The notes below the pieces were generated by a model, which searched no databases, had not been told where the DNA came from, and saw only the letters and a list, made by a program, of their open reading frames with translations. A program made the position numbers and the translations under genes. Of a stretch of 64,000 bases of DNA, positions 37,218 to 47,493 are shown piece by piece; the stretch's first letter is position 1, and every line of letters starts with the position of its first letter. This DNA is from Candidatus Aenigmatarchaeota archaeon (GTDB lineage Archaea; Aenigmatarchaeota; Aenigmatarchaeia; GW2011-AR5): the NCBI GenBank assembly GCA_016187335.1, contig JACPJW010000001.1:832001-896000 (forward strand), read 5' to 3'.

Positions 37218-38252
37218 ATGGGCAGCGTAAAGGACCTGGTAGTCCGTCAGCATCCGTCTCCGCAGGAAATGGGCTCGGGCGCGTTTGTTTTTTCTGACCG
37301 CTATTCTGTTTTTGACTGGGGAGAAATGCCTGATCATGTACCTAACAAAGGTTCTTCCCTGTGCTTGATGTCGGCATATTTCTTCGCGCAGCTTAATCAA
37401 AGCGGAATCCGGACGCATTATACCGGGCTTGATGGCAACCATGCAATGAATGTGCATCTTGTGAATGTTGTGAAGCCCGGCGTCCTTGCTGGCGGCTATG
37501 ATTATTCATCTTTTCGTTCAATGCAGGGTAATTTCGTAATTCCTTTTGAGATAATTTACAGGAACACCTTGCCGAAAGGAAGCTCTGTGTTCAAAAGGCT
37601 GAGAGAAGGTTCGCTTTCCCTCTTGTCAATGGGCTTGACGGAGCAGCCCGGAGAAGGCGACCCTCTGCCGCGAATGTTTCCGGATATAAGCACAAAATAC
37701 GAGGCATTCGACCGCTATCCGGATGAAAGAAAAGGCGAAAGCAGGGCAGCGTTCCTAAGAGACCTTGGCGGCCTGAGCGAAGAAGAAGCAGTGATGATAG
37801 ACTGCATTACAAAAGAAGCAAACAAAGTTATAACAGATGGTATCGGGCACGCTGGCCTGCGCAATGATGACGGGAAGCTTGAATTCGCTTTCACGCCTGA
37901 AAGAGATCTGATGGTTGTTGATGCCATAGGCACGCTTGATGAATGCAGGTTCACATATCCTGCTGGAGGCAGGCGGATAGAGGTGAGCAAGGAAATCCCG
38001 AGGCAGTGGTACCGTTACAGGCAGCCGGAATGGGTCGCAGAAGTGGAAGCTGCAAAAAGCACAGGAAATGCTGAGTGGCGGGCTCTTGTTACGCAGAAAC
38101 CTGAACCATTGCCGCCACGTTTATTGGAATTGCTGGGCATGGCTTACGCGTCGTCAGCAAACGCGGTTTTGGGAAAAGACGTCTTTGATTGCCCGCCGCT
38201 GGATACAGTTGTAAGGGAATACCAGAGGTTCAAGGAGATTGAGATGAAATGA
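37218..38252 (+). CDS. purC: SAICAR synthetase
   Basis: GSVKDL, FSDRYSVFDWG, PFEIIYRN, STKYE, DGKLEF, GTLDECRF. Confidence 0.93.
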   Translation: MGSVKDLVVRQHPSPQEMGSGAFVFSDRYSVFDWGEMPDHVPNKGSSLCLMSAYFFAQLNQSGIRTHYTGLDGNHAMNVHLVNVVKPGVLAGGYDYSSFRSMQGNFVIPFEIIYRNTLPKGSSVFKRLREGSLSLLSMGLTEQPGEGDPLPRMFPDISTKYEAFDRYPDERKGESRAAFLRDLGGLSEEEAVMIDCITKEANKVITDGIGHAGLRNDDGKLEFAFTPERDLMVVDAIGTLDECRFTYPAGGRRIEVSKEIPRQWYRYRQPEWVAEVEAAKSTGNAEWRALVTQKPEPLPPRLLELLGMAYASSANAVLGKDVFDCPPLDTVVREYQRFKEIEMK

Positions 38253-39670
38253 GCTCGGTTCTTGAAAAAAGATATGCTAGCAGGCGCATGCGAGAAATCT
38301 GGGATGATAACCAGAAATATCTCAGGTGGCGTGGCGTATGGGTTGCATCGGCCGAGGCATTGATGGAATTAGGAATCCTGGGAACTCAGGAACAGATTGA
38401 CGAGCTACGTGCTTATCGTAGCATAATTGATTATGACAAGGTTGCGGTGTACGAAAGGCAAACAAAACATGATGTTCTTGCCCACAGAAAAGCTTATGCA
38501 GACCTATGCCCTAATGGCGGAAAAATATTGCATGCGGGTCTGACAAGCGATAACGTCACAAGCCCTGCTGAATCAATGCAGATGCGGGATGCGCTTCATC
38601 TTCTTGTTTTGGAAGCGGCGCGAACCGTAGACCTGCTTGGCATGCAGGCAGAACGTTACCGGGACCTTCCTTGCGTCGGTTACACCCATTTTCAGGAAGC
38701 CCAGCCAACAACTATTGGAAAACGCATCGCATTATGGGGCCAAGGATTTTCAGATGCTCTTCACGACTTAGAAAAAAGGCTTGAATTAAGATGGGGTGGA
38801 ATGAGGGGAGCAACAGGAACGCAGGAAGCGCTTTTGCATCTTTTCAATGGAGACGTCAAGAAAATAGAAGAGTACGAAAGGCGCGTTGCAGAAAAGCTTG
38901 GTCTGGGCGAAACTTATATATTAACGGGCCAGACGCCGCCAAGGTCAGGCGACTACCAGATTCTTTCTGCTTTGGCTGAAATAGGAATGGCAGGACAAAA
39001 ATTTGGCACGGACATACGGCTTTTATGGAATACAAAGCAGGTCGGGGAGCCGTTTGAAGAGGGACAACTGGGTTCCAGCGCAATGGCTTACAAACAAAAT
39101 CCCAGCCGTTCAGAAAGGATTTGCGGGCTTGCAAGAAATTTGTATGCATACGCGGAAGCTGCGGCGCATATGGCCGGACAACAATGGCTTGAAAGAACTT
39201 TGGATGATTCTTCGCAGCGAAGGATTATAAACCCGGATGCGTTTCTGACTGCCGATGCTGTCCTGAACCTTGCCATGTATGTCGCAAAAGGTCTTCGTGT
39301 TTATCCCGCGCGTGTAAAGCGTGAATTAATTGAGCACCTTCCTTTTGTGGCAACTGAAAATATAATCACATCAGCTGTAAGGTCCGGCAGGGACAGAACA
39401 ACTGTTTATGACGCTGTGCAGAGACACAGCAGAAGTGTTATGGAACATCTTATGGAAGATCCTTATGCGCAAAACGACCTTCTAGAACGTATTGCCCGTG
39501 ACCCCGATGTAGGATTGGCGAAAGAACAAATAGACGGAATTGTTGGGGACGGCCGCCATTATGCAGGTCTTGCGCCGCAGCAAGTTGATAAGTTTCTCCG
39601 GGAAGTTGTCCAGCCTGTCCGTGAAAAATATCCGGAAGCATTGGTCATAGAGCCGGAAGTTGAAATCTGA
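38249..39670 (+). CDS. purB: Adenylosuccinate lyase
   Basis: TKHDV, GYTHFQ, GSSAMAYKQNP signature, WLERTLDDS. Confidence 0.95.
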   Translation: MSSVLEKRYASRRMREIWDDNQKYLRWRGVWVASAEALMELGILGTQEQIDELRAYRSIIDYDKVAVYERQTKHDVLAHRKAYADLCPNGGKILHAGLTSDNVTSPAESMQMRDALHLLVLEAARTVDLLGMQAERYRDLPCVGYTHFQEAQPTTIGKRIALWGQGFSDALHDLEKRLELRWGGMRGATGTQEALLHLFNGDVKKIEEYERRVAEKLGLGETYILTGQTPPRSGDYQILSALAEIGMAGQKFGTDIRLLWNTKQVGEPFEEGQLGSSAMAYKQNPSRSERICGLARNLYAYAEAAAHMAGQQWLERTLDDSSQRRIINPDAFLTADAVLNLAMYVAKGLRVYPARVKRELIEHLPFVATENIITSAVRSGRDRTTVYDAVQRHSRSVMEHLMEDPYAQNDLLERIARDPDVGLAKEQIDGIVGDGRHYAGLAPQQVDKFLREVVQPVREKYPEALVIEPEVEI

Positions 39671-39760
39671 TTTATAAGATTTGCGGGTATTGATTCTGCA
39701 TGGTGCTGCAGCATAACTGCGGAATAGCCGCGGTTTACAATCCAAACAGACTAGGCTGAA

Positions 39761-41224
39761 CTATTTCACGCCTTGAAATTCTTTTAGAAAATTTGGTGCT
39801 TCAATTTTCCCGTCAAAGCCTATCCCGAGGCATTTCATGCATATTTCCTCGCCAAGAACCTCTTGTAAACCTTCTATTGTCATGTAACCCCACGAGTCGG
39901 CACCTGTTAGTTGTCTCATATATTCATTTGCTACTTTTATATCATCCGAAGCAATCTGGCTTGCTATTAATTCCTCGGCTCCTCTGAAATCAATACCCCA
40001 GTGGCAGGCGTATTTTATCGGAGGGTCAGAAACTCTGATATGCACCTCTTTGGCGTTCATTTTTTTTAGCAACTCTATATTTCGTCCTATCGTTGTTCCC
40101 CTTACAACACTGTCTGTAAGATACCCGACTCTTTTACCACTAACAAATTCTTCCAAAAGAAGTCTGTTTCCAGCTATGAACTGTCTTTTCTGCAAGTTGT
40201 CTGTCATGAACCCTCTCTGAGACAGACTGACACCTCTGTCAGCCAGTTTTACAGGAAATCTTTCTTTGGGCATAGCTTTTATGTACAAAGTGCCTGCTTG
40301 TGCTGCAAATCCCATTGCTACATAGTCGCCTGACTCCGAATCAGGGACGATAACGTCAACGTCAGCAGGACAAATCTCATGTAATTTTTCGCCAAGCCTG
40401 TATCTAGCAACGGCTACCCGCAAATTTCCATTAGTTGTTGTGAAAGATGAATCGGGTCGTGCAAAATAAATGAATTCAAAGTGGCATAGCGATCTATTCG
40501 GATGACTTTCAATAGTATGAGTACGAATCCCGCCTTTATTTACAACTATTAACTGGGTGGGACCTATTTCTTCGATTTTTTGAATCGGGAAATCTGGACA
40601 CAAGCCGTTATGTATTGCAGGCTCTTCAGAAGCAAATACATATGTCGCGCCTGATTGTCCGAAGAAAAGAGGTCTGTAGTTTTTCGGGTCCTGAATAGCC
40701 AGCAAAGTATTCTGTTCAGGAAGCAAGGCGACAACAGCGTAAGCACTGTCCTCCAGTTCTTTCATAAGTTTCTTCGTCCCGTTTTCGATTCCGTGTTGAG
40801 AAATTTCCCGCAGCCACAGTGCACCCAGAGATTCAGTGTCAGTCGTTGTCGTGTGATGATAGCCATCTCTTTCCATGTATTGTCTGAGTACATCTGCATA
40901 AGGTACATTCCCGTTGTGCACAATATGAAGCGACATGCCTTTGTACCCGACTACAATAGGAGGAGCGTTTACCATGCCTGACCGCCCACCTTCTGTACCG
41001 TATCTTAATCCTGCCACGCCCATATGCCCGGAGAGTCTGCCAGATATGTTGGGAAAGAATTCATAAGGTGGGTCAAGGCTCTTTTCTATCGGCAAAGTGC
41101 CGTTTGAAATTCCTACACCCTGCGGGTGCAAGCCGCCACGATTTTGCAGCATCTGAGCCGCTGTTGAAATCAAAGGAATTACGTTTCTTCCATCAACAGA
41201 ATAAGCTCCCGTAATTCCGCACAT
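39761..41224 (-). CDS. purF: Amidophosphoribosyltransferase
   Basis: MCGITG Ntn Cys, HNGN, TDTE, CHFEFIYFARPDS, DSVVRGTT, CHWGID, CMKC. Confidence 0.93.
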   Translation of the reverse strand: MCGITGAYSVDGRNVIPLISTAAQMLQNRGGLHPQGVGISNGTLPIEKSLDPPYEFFPNISGRLSGHMGVAGLRYGTEGGRSGMVNAPPIVVGYKGMSLHIVHNGNVPYADVLRQYMERDGYHHTTTTDTESLGALWLREISQHGIENGTKKLMKELEDSAYAVVALLPEQNTLLAIQDPKNYRPLFFGQSGATYVFASEEPAIHNGLCPDFPIQKIEEIGPTQLIVVNKGGIRTHTIESHPNRSLCHFEFIYFARPDSSFTTTNGNLRVAVARYRLGEKLHEICPADVDVIVPDSESGDYVAMGFAAQAGTLYIKAMPKERFPVKLADRGVSLSQRGFMTDNLQKRQFIAGNRLLLEEFVSGKRVGYLTDSVVRGTTIGRNIELLKKMNAKEVHIRVSDPPIKYACHWGIDFRGAEELIASQIASDDIKVANEYMRQLTGADSWGYMTIEGLQEVLGEEICMKCLGIGFDGKIEAPNFLKEFQGVK

Positions 41225-41404
41225 AAACTATCTTAAACCAGTGAAATTTTAAAAAGTGATTCTGTTCTGCTGCGGACTGAATAATCTCCGATGTTTTTAA
41301 CCCCTTAAATCCTTTGCGATTCAGAATAATTCTTGGAATTACGAAAAGGCTCCCTATTACGCACGCTGTGCTTACAAACGGAGCCTCGGATTACCGGTGA
41401 AAAG

Positions 41405-42103
41405 ATGGTTACAGTCGACGAAGCCATAATTGCCAAGTACAGCAGGGAAGGAAAGCATTTTGAAATCCTTGTTGACCCTGACTTGGCTTATGACCTCAAG
41501 GAAGGCAGAACTGTTTCTCTTTCCAGAATGTTGGCTGTTAACACGGTGTTTACAGACGCGCGCAAGGCGGACAAGGCGTCGCCGTCGGACATCCAGAAGG
41601 CTTTCGGCACAGGCGACGCCGAGAAGATAGCTGAGTTCATCGTGAAGCACGGCGAAGTGCAGCTCACGACGGAATTCCGCAGGAAGAAAACGGAGGAGAA
41701 GAGGAAGCAGATAGCCGCCTTCATCTCGCGCAATGCAATAAATCCGCAGACCCGCGTGCCGCATCCGCCCGAAAGAATTCTTACAGCCATGGAGCAGGCA
41801 CGGGTCAGCATAGACCCGTTCAGGCCCGCGGAGCAGCAGGTGGATGACGCCGTAAAGGCGATAAAAAGCATCATCCCGATATCAATAGAAGAAATCGTGC
41901 TGGACATTGAAATACCGGCGAAATATTCGGCGCGCGCTTACGGGCTTTTGAAGGAACTGGGAACGCTGCAGAAGGACAACTGGCTCAGCGACGGCTCGCT
42001 TTTCGCCAAATTGCTCATCCCCGCGGGGCTCAAGGAGTCAGTATTCAGAAGGCTAGGCGCAGTCACGGAAGGCAATGTCAGTATTACGGAAGCGAAGAAA
42101 TAA
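41405..42103 (+). CDS. sdo1: Ribosome maturation protein SBDS/Sdo1
   Basis: FEILVDP, GEVQLTTEFRRK, INPQTRVPHPPERI. Confidence 0.96.
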   Translation: MVTVDEAIIAKYSREGKHFEILVDPDLAYDLKEGRTVSLSRMLAVNTVFTDARKADKASPSDIQKAFGTGDAEKIAEFIVKHGEVQLTTEFRRKKTEEKRKQIAAFISRNAINPQTRVPHPPERILTAMEQARVSIDPFRPAEQQVDDAVKAIKSIIPISIEEIVLDIEIPAKYSARAYGLLKELGTLQKDNWLSDGSLFAKLLIPAGLKESVFRRLGAVTEGNVSITEAKK

Positions 42104-42120
42104 AATGGTCTAGACAGAAT
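42098..42120 (+). repeat. 23-bp dispersed repeat, copy 2
   Basis: AAATAAAATGGTCTAGACAGAAT. Confidence 0.55.
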
Positions 42121-42144
42121 CCGAAGGAGTATGAGGTGTTGATT

Positions 42145-42867
42145 ATGGAAATGGAAACAACGGAGACAAAAAGGAAGCTTGTAGTTCCAGGCGACCTGCT
42201 GGGAGAAGGCCGCGCGGGGCGGGGCGCTTACGAAGACGGCGACAGGGTTTACTCGCAATACATCGGGCTTGCCGAGGAGCGCAACGGCGTTTTCGTCGTG
42301 ATTCCGCTGAGCGGCATTTACGACCCGAAGCGCGGCGACGGGGTAGTGGGCAAGATAGAGGACATAATTTTCTCGAAATGGATTGTTGACATAAACAGCC
42401 CGTACGAAGCTGTCCTGCCGATAAGCGAAGCAACGGACGAGTTCATAGACATGACAAAGACGGACCTGACGCATTTCTTTAATTACGGCGACCTGATTTT
42501 CGCGGAAATCAGCAGCGTGACAAAGACAAAAAACGTTCAGCTGTCAATGATGAACAGGAAATGCAGGAAGCTGAAAGGCGGGCGCATCATCAAGGTCACC
42601 CCCGCGAAAGTTCCTCGCATAATAGGGAAAGCCGGCTCGATGGTCGAGATGATAAAGAAGCTCACGGACACGCAGATTGTTGTCGGCCAGAACGGCATCG
42701 TCTGGGTAAAGGGGACGAACGAAGACGTTGCGGCTGAAGCGGTCCTGCTGATAGAAAAGAAATCGCACATTTCCGGGCTCACCGATTACATAAGCAGCAT
42801 GCTCCAGCAGCGCCTGGGCGAGAAAACGGAAACGAAGGGCGATAATGATGATTTTGGAGGACGATAA
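42145..42867 (+). CDS. rrp4: Exosome RNA-binding protein Rrp4
   Basis: VVPGD, S1 domain, KVPRIIGKAGSM, GQNG. Confidence 0.96.
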   Translation: MEMETTETKRKLVVPGDLLGEGRAGRGAYEDGDRVYSQYIGLAEERNGVFVVIPLSGIYDPKRGDGVVGKIEDIIFSKWIVDINSPYEAVLPISEATDEFIDMTKTDLTHFFNYGDLIFAEISSVTKTKNVQLSMMNRKCRKLKGGRIIKVTPAKVPRIIGKAGSMVEMIKKLTDTQIVVGQNGIVWVKGTNEDVAAEAVLLIEKKSHISGLTDYISSMLQQRLGEKTETKGDNDDFGGR

Positions 42868-42869
42868 TC

Positions 42870-43607
42870 ATGGGCGGAAAAACGAATCCCGACATAATAA
42901 AAAACGGCATCCGCATTGACGGCCGCAGGCTTGATGAGATGCGCCCCGTGGAAGCGCAGGTCGGCGTGCTGAAAAATGCCGACGGCTCCGCGCTTTTCAG
43001 GATGGGCAGCACAATAGCCGTGGCAGGCGTTTACGGCCCGAGAAAGGTGCACCCCAAGCACGAAGAGGAAGCGGAAAGGGCAATTTTACGCACGCGGTAC
43101 AACATGGCGGCTTTCTCCACTACGGAAAGAAGCAGGCCCGGACCGAGCAGGAGAAGCCAGGAAATATCAAAGGTCACAAGGGAAGCGCTCGCGCCCGTGA
43201 TATTTCTGGAGGAATTCCCGAAAACTGCGATAGACGTTTACATCGAGATACTGCAGGCGGACGCTTCAACGCGCATTGCCGGCATAAACGCCGCCTCGCT
43301 GGCGCTGGCTGACGCCGGAATCCCGATGGCAGACCTCGTTGCAGCGTGCAGCGCGGGAAAGGTCGCGGGCCATCTCGTGCTTGATGTCGCAGGAAAAGAG
43401 GATACGGAAGGCGAGCTGGATCTGCCCGTGGCGCTTTACAAGAGAAAAAACATCATAACGCTCCTGCAGATGGACGGGCTGGCGCCGAAAGAAGAAGTCA
43501 AGGAGCTGATTAAGCTGGCACTGAAGGGCTGCGAGATTGTTTATGAGAAGCAGAGGAGCGCCCTGAAGAAAGAATATTCTGTTGACGAAAAAGAGGCGGG
43601 GAAGTAA
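42870..43607 (+). CDS. rrp41: Exosome exonuclease Rrp41
   Basis: RIDGRR, ADGSA, SRRSQEIS, QADASTR. Confidence 0.97.
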   Translation: MGGKTNPDIIKNGIRIDGRRLDEMRPVEAQVGVLKNADGSALFRMGSTIAVAGVYGPRKVHPKHEEEAERAILRTRYNMAAFSTTERSRPGPSRRSQEISKVTREALAPVIFLEEFPKTAIDVYIEILQADASTRIAGINAASLALADAGIPMADLVAACSAGKVAGHLVLDVAGKEDTEGELDLPVALYKRKNIITLLQMDGLAPKEEVKELIKLALKGCEIVYEKQRSALKKEYSVDEKEAGK

Positions 43608-43620
43608 AGGAGGCTAAAAA

Positions 43621-44421
43621 ATGACACTGGAAATCGATGCTGACCTGGTTAAGGAAATCGTAGGAAACGAGAAAAGGCTGGATTACAGGAAGTTTGACCA
43701 GTACAGGGACATCGTGATTGAGACGGATTTCATAACATCGGCAGAAGGCTCAGCCAGAGTCAGGCTGGGCGACAGCGTTGTCGTTGCCGGGGTGAAGATG
43801 GACGTTGGCGAGCCTTTTCCTGACACTCCTGATGAAGGGGTAATGATGGTTGCCGCGGAATTCCTGCCGCTGGCTTCGCCGGAATTCGAGCCCGGCCCGC
43901 CTGGCGAGAATGCCATTGAATTGTCAAGGGTTGTTGACCGCGCCATCCGCGAATCAAAGTGCATCGACTTCAAGAAATTGTGCATAACGCCGGGCGAAAA
44001 GGTCTGGATGGTTTTCATTGACCTTGATATTCTGGATGACGACGGAAACCTGATAGACGCCGCAGGGCTCGCCGCGATGGCTGCCCTGCTCAATGCGAGA
44101 ATGCCTGCGCTGAAAGAAGACGGAAGGACTGATTACGACAATAAAACGGACAAAAAACTGCCCATGAGCGGCGTTGCTGTGTCAACGACGTTCGCGAAAA
44201 TTGCCGACCGCATCATTGCCGACCCTTCCTACCCTGAATGGCGTGCGCTTGACGCGCGCCTTACAGTAGGCACAGTCGACAAGGGCGGAAAAACCATGCT
44301 CAGCTCAATGCAGAAAGGCGGCAGCTACGGCTTTACCTTGGAAGAAATAGAATACATAGTCGGGAAAGCCGTGGAAAAGGGCGATGAGCTGAGAAGCAAG
44401 ATAAAAGAAGCGGTTTCTTAG
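43621..44421 (+). CDS. rrp42: Exosome subunit Rrp42
   Basis: SAEGSARV, IELSRVVDRAIRES, DDDGNLIDA. Confidence 0.97.
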   Translation: MTLEIDADLVKEIVGNEKRLDYRKFDQYRDIVIETDFITSAEGSARVRLGDSVVVAGVKMDVGEPFPDTPDEGVMMVAAEFLPLASPEFEPGPPGENAIELSRVVDRAIRESKCIDFKKLCITPGEKVWMVFIDLDILDDDGNLIDAAGLAAMAALLNARMPALKEDGRTDYDNKTDKKLPMSGVAVSTTFAKIADRIIADPSYPEWRALDARLTVGTVDKGGKTMLSSMQKGGSYGFTLEEIEYIVGKAVEKGDELRSKIKEAVS

Positions 44422-44492
44422 TCAGCTTTCTTTTTTATGGGTCCTGAATGTTCGTGTGATACCTATTCAGCAGACGGAGTTCATCAGCGCTT

Positions 44493-44849
44493 TTATTTTC
44501 TTCTGCGCCTGCGCACATAAACGATAGTTTCCCTGGGCACGATTTTCAGGGTTCCAAGACCTTCGCCAAAAGGAATTACTTCGTAAGGCATCTTCTTTTT
44601 CAGGGAACGTAGCTTTCTGGAGAAGTACTTTCCTGTTCTTCTGATGTCGGGCCCGATGCCGTCGATTGCTTCTTTTAAATATTCAACCCCTATCTCGCTT
44701 CCAAGCATCCCGGAATTTTCAATGTAGCTTCTTATGCTCGCGTAAAGATCTCCCACATGTCCTCTCAATTTTTCCTGCAGGTACGATAAAACTGTTTCTC
44801 TTGCACGTATCTCTTCCAGCAAACGCATGGCTTCTTCTTTCTGCGACAT
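44493..44849 (-). CDS. Hypothetical protein
   Basis: 118 aa from ATG 44849. Confidence 0.6.
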   Translation of the reverse strand: MSQKEEAMRLLEEIRARETVLSYLQEKLRGHVGDLYASIRSYIENSGMLGSEIGVEYLKEAIDGIGPDIRRTGKYFSRKLRSLKKKMPYEVIPFGEGLGTLKIVPRETIVYVRRRRRK

Positions 44850-44917
44850 GCAAACCAGAAAACGATAACATGAAAACTTTTTAAGATTAGAAATTACGCA
44901 TGTAATTACAAAGTAAT

Positions 44918-46048
44918 TCACTTCTTCTTCCATTCCCGCGCCATCTTGATGCGCCGCCACGTCGCCGGGTGCGTATGGAACAGGGCTTCAATTATTGGGT
45001 GCGGCCTGTGGTCGCCCAGGGAAAGGTCCGCGAGCCTCTTTTCCGTGGACACCTGCGCCTTCGCTTTCTGCACAGTGTTCAGGGCGAACAGGTCCGCCTC
45101 GGCTTCCCTTCGGCGTGAATAAGTGTTGGCAAGGGGCATGGCGATAAGCTCTGCTACGGAGAACAGCAGCATGAACAGGGGCAGCGCGGCAAGGTCGCCG
45201 AAATACGCTATGCCGAAATAATTCACCGAAGAATGCATTATTTTGTCAATGATGAACAAAACGGGGAAAATCTTTATAGCATCAACAGCAATGGAACGCC
45301 ATATGTCATGGTTCACGTAATGGCCGAGCTCGTGGCCGATGACCGTTTCTATCTCATCCTCGGTGAAATTGTTTGTCAGCGTGTCGAACAAGGCGATTTT
45401 CTTGGTGTTGCCGAAGCCCGTGAAGAATGCGTTGGGCTTCTTGCTTTTTTCTGATTCCTTTACGACAATCACGTCCTTTATCTCGCTGACGCCAAGCATC
45501 CTGCACAAAGCAAGCAGTTTTTTCTTGTGCCTCTGGTTCCTGTAAGGCCCGAACTTGTAGAAGAACGGGACGAGCACGACGGGATAAATATAGTTGAGAA
45601 ATACTGAGAACAGGGTATAGAGCACCCCGGCAACCAGCCACCAGCTGCTTACCGACCATAAATAAAAGAAAGCCGTCAGCGTTATTATCCCGATAATGTA
45701 CCCGATAAGCTGCCTTTTCATGTAGTCTTTGAACCAGCCGCGAATAGTGTAATTGGACAGCCCGTACTTGTGCTCAAAGACATAGCCGGCGTAAAAGCTG
45801 AGCGGCAGCTTTGCGAGGTTCATTATGGTCATCAGAAAGAAGGCATAAAGCGGGACAACCAGCAGCGTGGGCAGCGGCGACAATGCCTCCTTCAGGAAAA
45901 CGTTCGCCTGGAAAAGCAGTATAAGCAGCAATGTTAGCAGCTCAATTATTATGCCGTTGGCTATTCCCATCAGCAGCCTTTGCCTTGAGTAAAGCTTTGC
46001 CATATTGCGCTTTTTCGGGTCGAATTCGTAGGGATATTTGATGGGCAT
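44918..46048 (-). CDS. M48 family membrane zinc protease (Ste24-like)
   Basis: PNAFFTG, GHELGH, EAEAD, HTHPA; many TMs. Confidence 0.93.
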   Translation of the reverse strand: MPIKYPYEFDPKKRNMAKLYSRQRLLMGIANGIIIELLTLLLILLFQANVFLKEALSPLPTLLVVPLYAFFLMTIMNLAKLPLSFYAGYVFEHKYGLSNYTIRGWFKDYMKRQLIGYIIGIITLTAFFYLWSVSSWWLVAGVLYTLFSVFLNYIYPVVLVPFFYKFGPYRNQRHKKKLLALCRMLGVSEIKDVIVVKESEKSKKPNAFFTGFGNTKKIALFDTLTNNFTEDEIETVIGHELGHYVNHDIWRSIAVDAIKIFPVLFIIDKIMHSSVNYFGIAYFGDLAALPLFMLLFSVAELIAMPLANTYSRRREAEADLFALNTVQKAKAQVSTEKRLADLSLGDHRPHPIIEALFHTHPATWRRIKMAREWKKK

Positions 46049-46216
46049 ATTGATACCTCATTAGGATTTTAAAGTCTTGTTGCAGGATAAATAGGTTATA
46101 GCGATACAAGGAGAACATCCGGTTCTCCTGTATGTGAAACCAGGAAATCTTGTTATATCTTCTGGTTTCACTATAAATGGCGCAAAGCATTTTTAAGGTT
46201 TTTCGCGTATGCTTAG

Positions 46217-47173
46217 GTGGTTCTCGTGAACGATCTTGCTGAACATATTCTCGGGCGGGGGGCCAGAAAGGTCATGCTGCAGATGCCGGAAGGGCTGAAA
46301 TCAAGGGCTGCAGCGATAGCCGGGATGCTGGAGAAAGAGGGCATTGAAACTTTGATTTCCGCCGAGGCATGCTACGGCGCCTGCGACCTGCGCGACCATG
46401 AGGCGAAAGCGGCTGGGTGCGACCTGCTTGTCCACATAGGACACAGCAAGTTCTACGTGGATTCCGCTACGGAAGTGCCTGTTTTGTATTATCCATACCA
46501 CGTGCCGTATCGATTTGACGGAATCGACTTCTCGCCGATTCCCGAGAAAAGGATAGGCCTTGTCACCACGATACAGCACCTGCCCCTGCTGAAGGACGTA
46601 AAGCAGCTGCTGGAGAAGCAGGGCAGAGAAGCCGTCGTAGGCGGCCAGATTCTGGGCTGCTGGTTCGTGAATGCTGAAAAAATTGAGGAGAAGGTAGACG
46701 CCTTCCTCTTCGTCGGCTCGGGAAAGTTCCACCCTCTCGGCATGGAAACGAAAAAACCGGTGTATACATACGATCTGGAAACGCACGAGCTTGAGAAGAT
46801 TGACCTGGTGACTGCAAAAAAGCGGAAATACGCGATGATTTACATGTGCAAGGACGCGAAGACCTTCGGCGTCATCGTCTCGTCAAAAACGGGCCAGCAC
46901 GAGCTGCAGGGAAGGGCGGAAAAAATTGTCAGCTACCTGAAAGAAAAGGATAAAAGGGCTTTCATCATAGTTATGGATGAGATAACGGACAATAAATTGC
47001 TGGCATTAAGATTGGACGCTTACGTCAACACCGCATGCCCGCGGCTGATGGACGACCATTTCACCAAGCCGCTCATAAACGCCGAGGACGTCCCGAAAAT
47101 CTTTGACGAGGATTTTATTGATTTTGAAGGAGCGATGAACCGGGAAAGAATTGAAGCGGAAAAGGAAATTTAG
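46217..47173 (+). CDS. dph2: Diphthamide biosynthesis enzyme Dph2
   Basis: LQMPEGLK, CYGACD, QILGC, NTACPR. Confidence 0.95.
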   Translation: MVLVNDLAEHILGRGARKVMLQMPEGLKSRAAAIAGMLEKEGIETLISAEACYGACDLRDHEAKAAGCDLLVHIGHSKFYVDSATEVPVLYYPYHVPYRFDGIDFSPIPEKRIGLVTTIQHLPLLKDVKQLLEKQGREAVVGGQILGCWFVNAEKIEEKVDAFLFVGSGKFHPLGMETKKPVYTYDLETHELEKIDLVTAKKRKYAMIYMCKDAKTFGVIVSSKTGQHELQGRAEKIVSYLKEKDKRAFIIVMDEITDNKLLALRLDAYVNTACPRLMDDHFTKPLINAEDVPKIFDEDFIDFEGAMNRERIEAEKEI

Positions 47174-47182
47174 GTGTCTTAT

Positions 47183-47452
47183 ATGAAAATCGAAGTCCTT
47201 GAAGATGAAGATGAAAGGCTGAAAATAGAAGTCCACGACAACCTGACGCTGCTGAACCTGCTCAACGAGAACCTGTGGAAGCAGCGGGGGCTTGATTACG
47301 CCGCCTATGCCCAGGACCATCCGTACATTTCCAAGCCCGTTCTTGTCGTGAAAAGCAGGAATCCCAAGAAAGCCCTGCTGGACGCCGCTGACCGGATTGT
47401 TGAGGACGCCAGGGATTTGAGGAAGCAGCTGGAGCGGGAACTGAAGGACTGA
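47183..47452 (+). CDS. rpoL: RNA polymerase subunit L (Rpo11)
   Basis: TLLNLLNENL, AAYAQDHP. Confidence 0.88.
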   Translation: MKIEVLEDEDERLKIEVHDNLTLLNLLNENLWKQRGLDYAAYAQDHPYISKPVLVVKSRNPKKALLDAADRIVEDARDLRKQLERELKD

Positions 47453-47493
47453 ACAAAAACAGCATTAATTCTTTTCTTCTCACTTTATTATCC

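Noticed and set aside
37146-44901. AATTACGCAT and GTAATTAC motifs upstream of AT-rich orphans (37146, 44892, ~33240-33270)
   Set aside because: Short AT-rich matches are expected by chance; arrangement differs between sites
44918-46048. Eukaryote-like prenylation pathway linking the Ste24-like protease to GGC/GCC C-termini
   Set aside because: M48 proteases are widespread in prokaryotes, the gene is unlinked to the island and no prenyltransferase is visible
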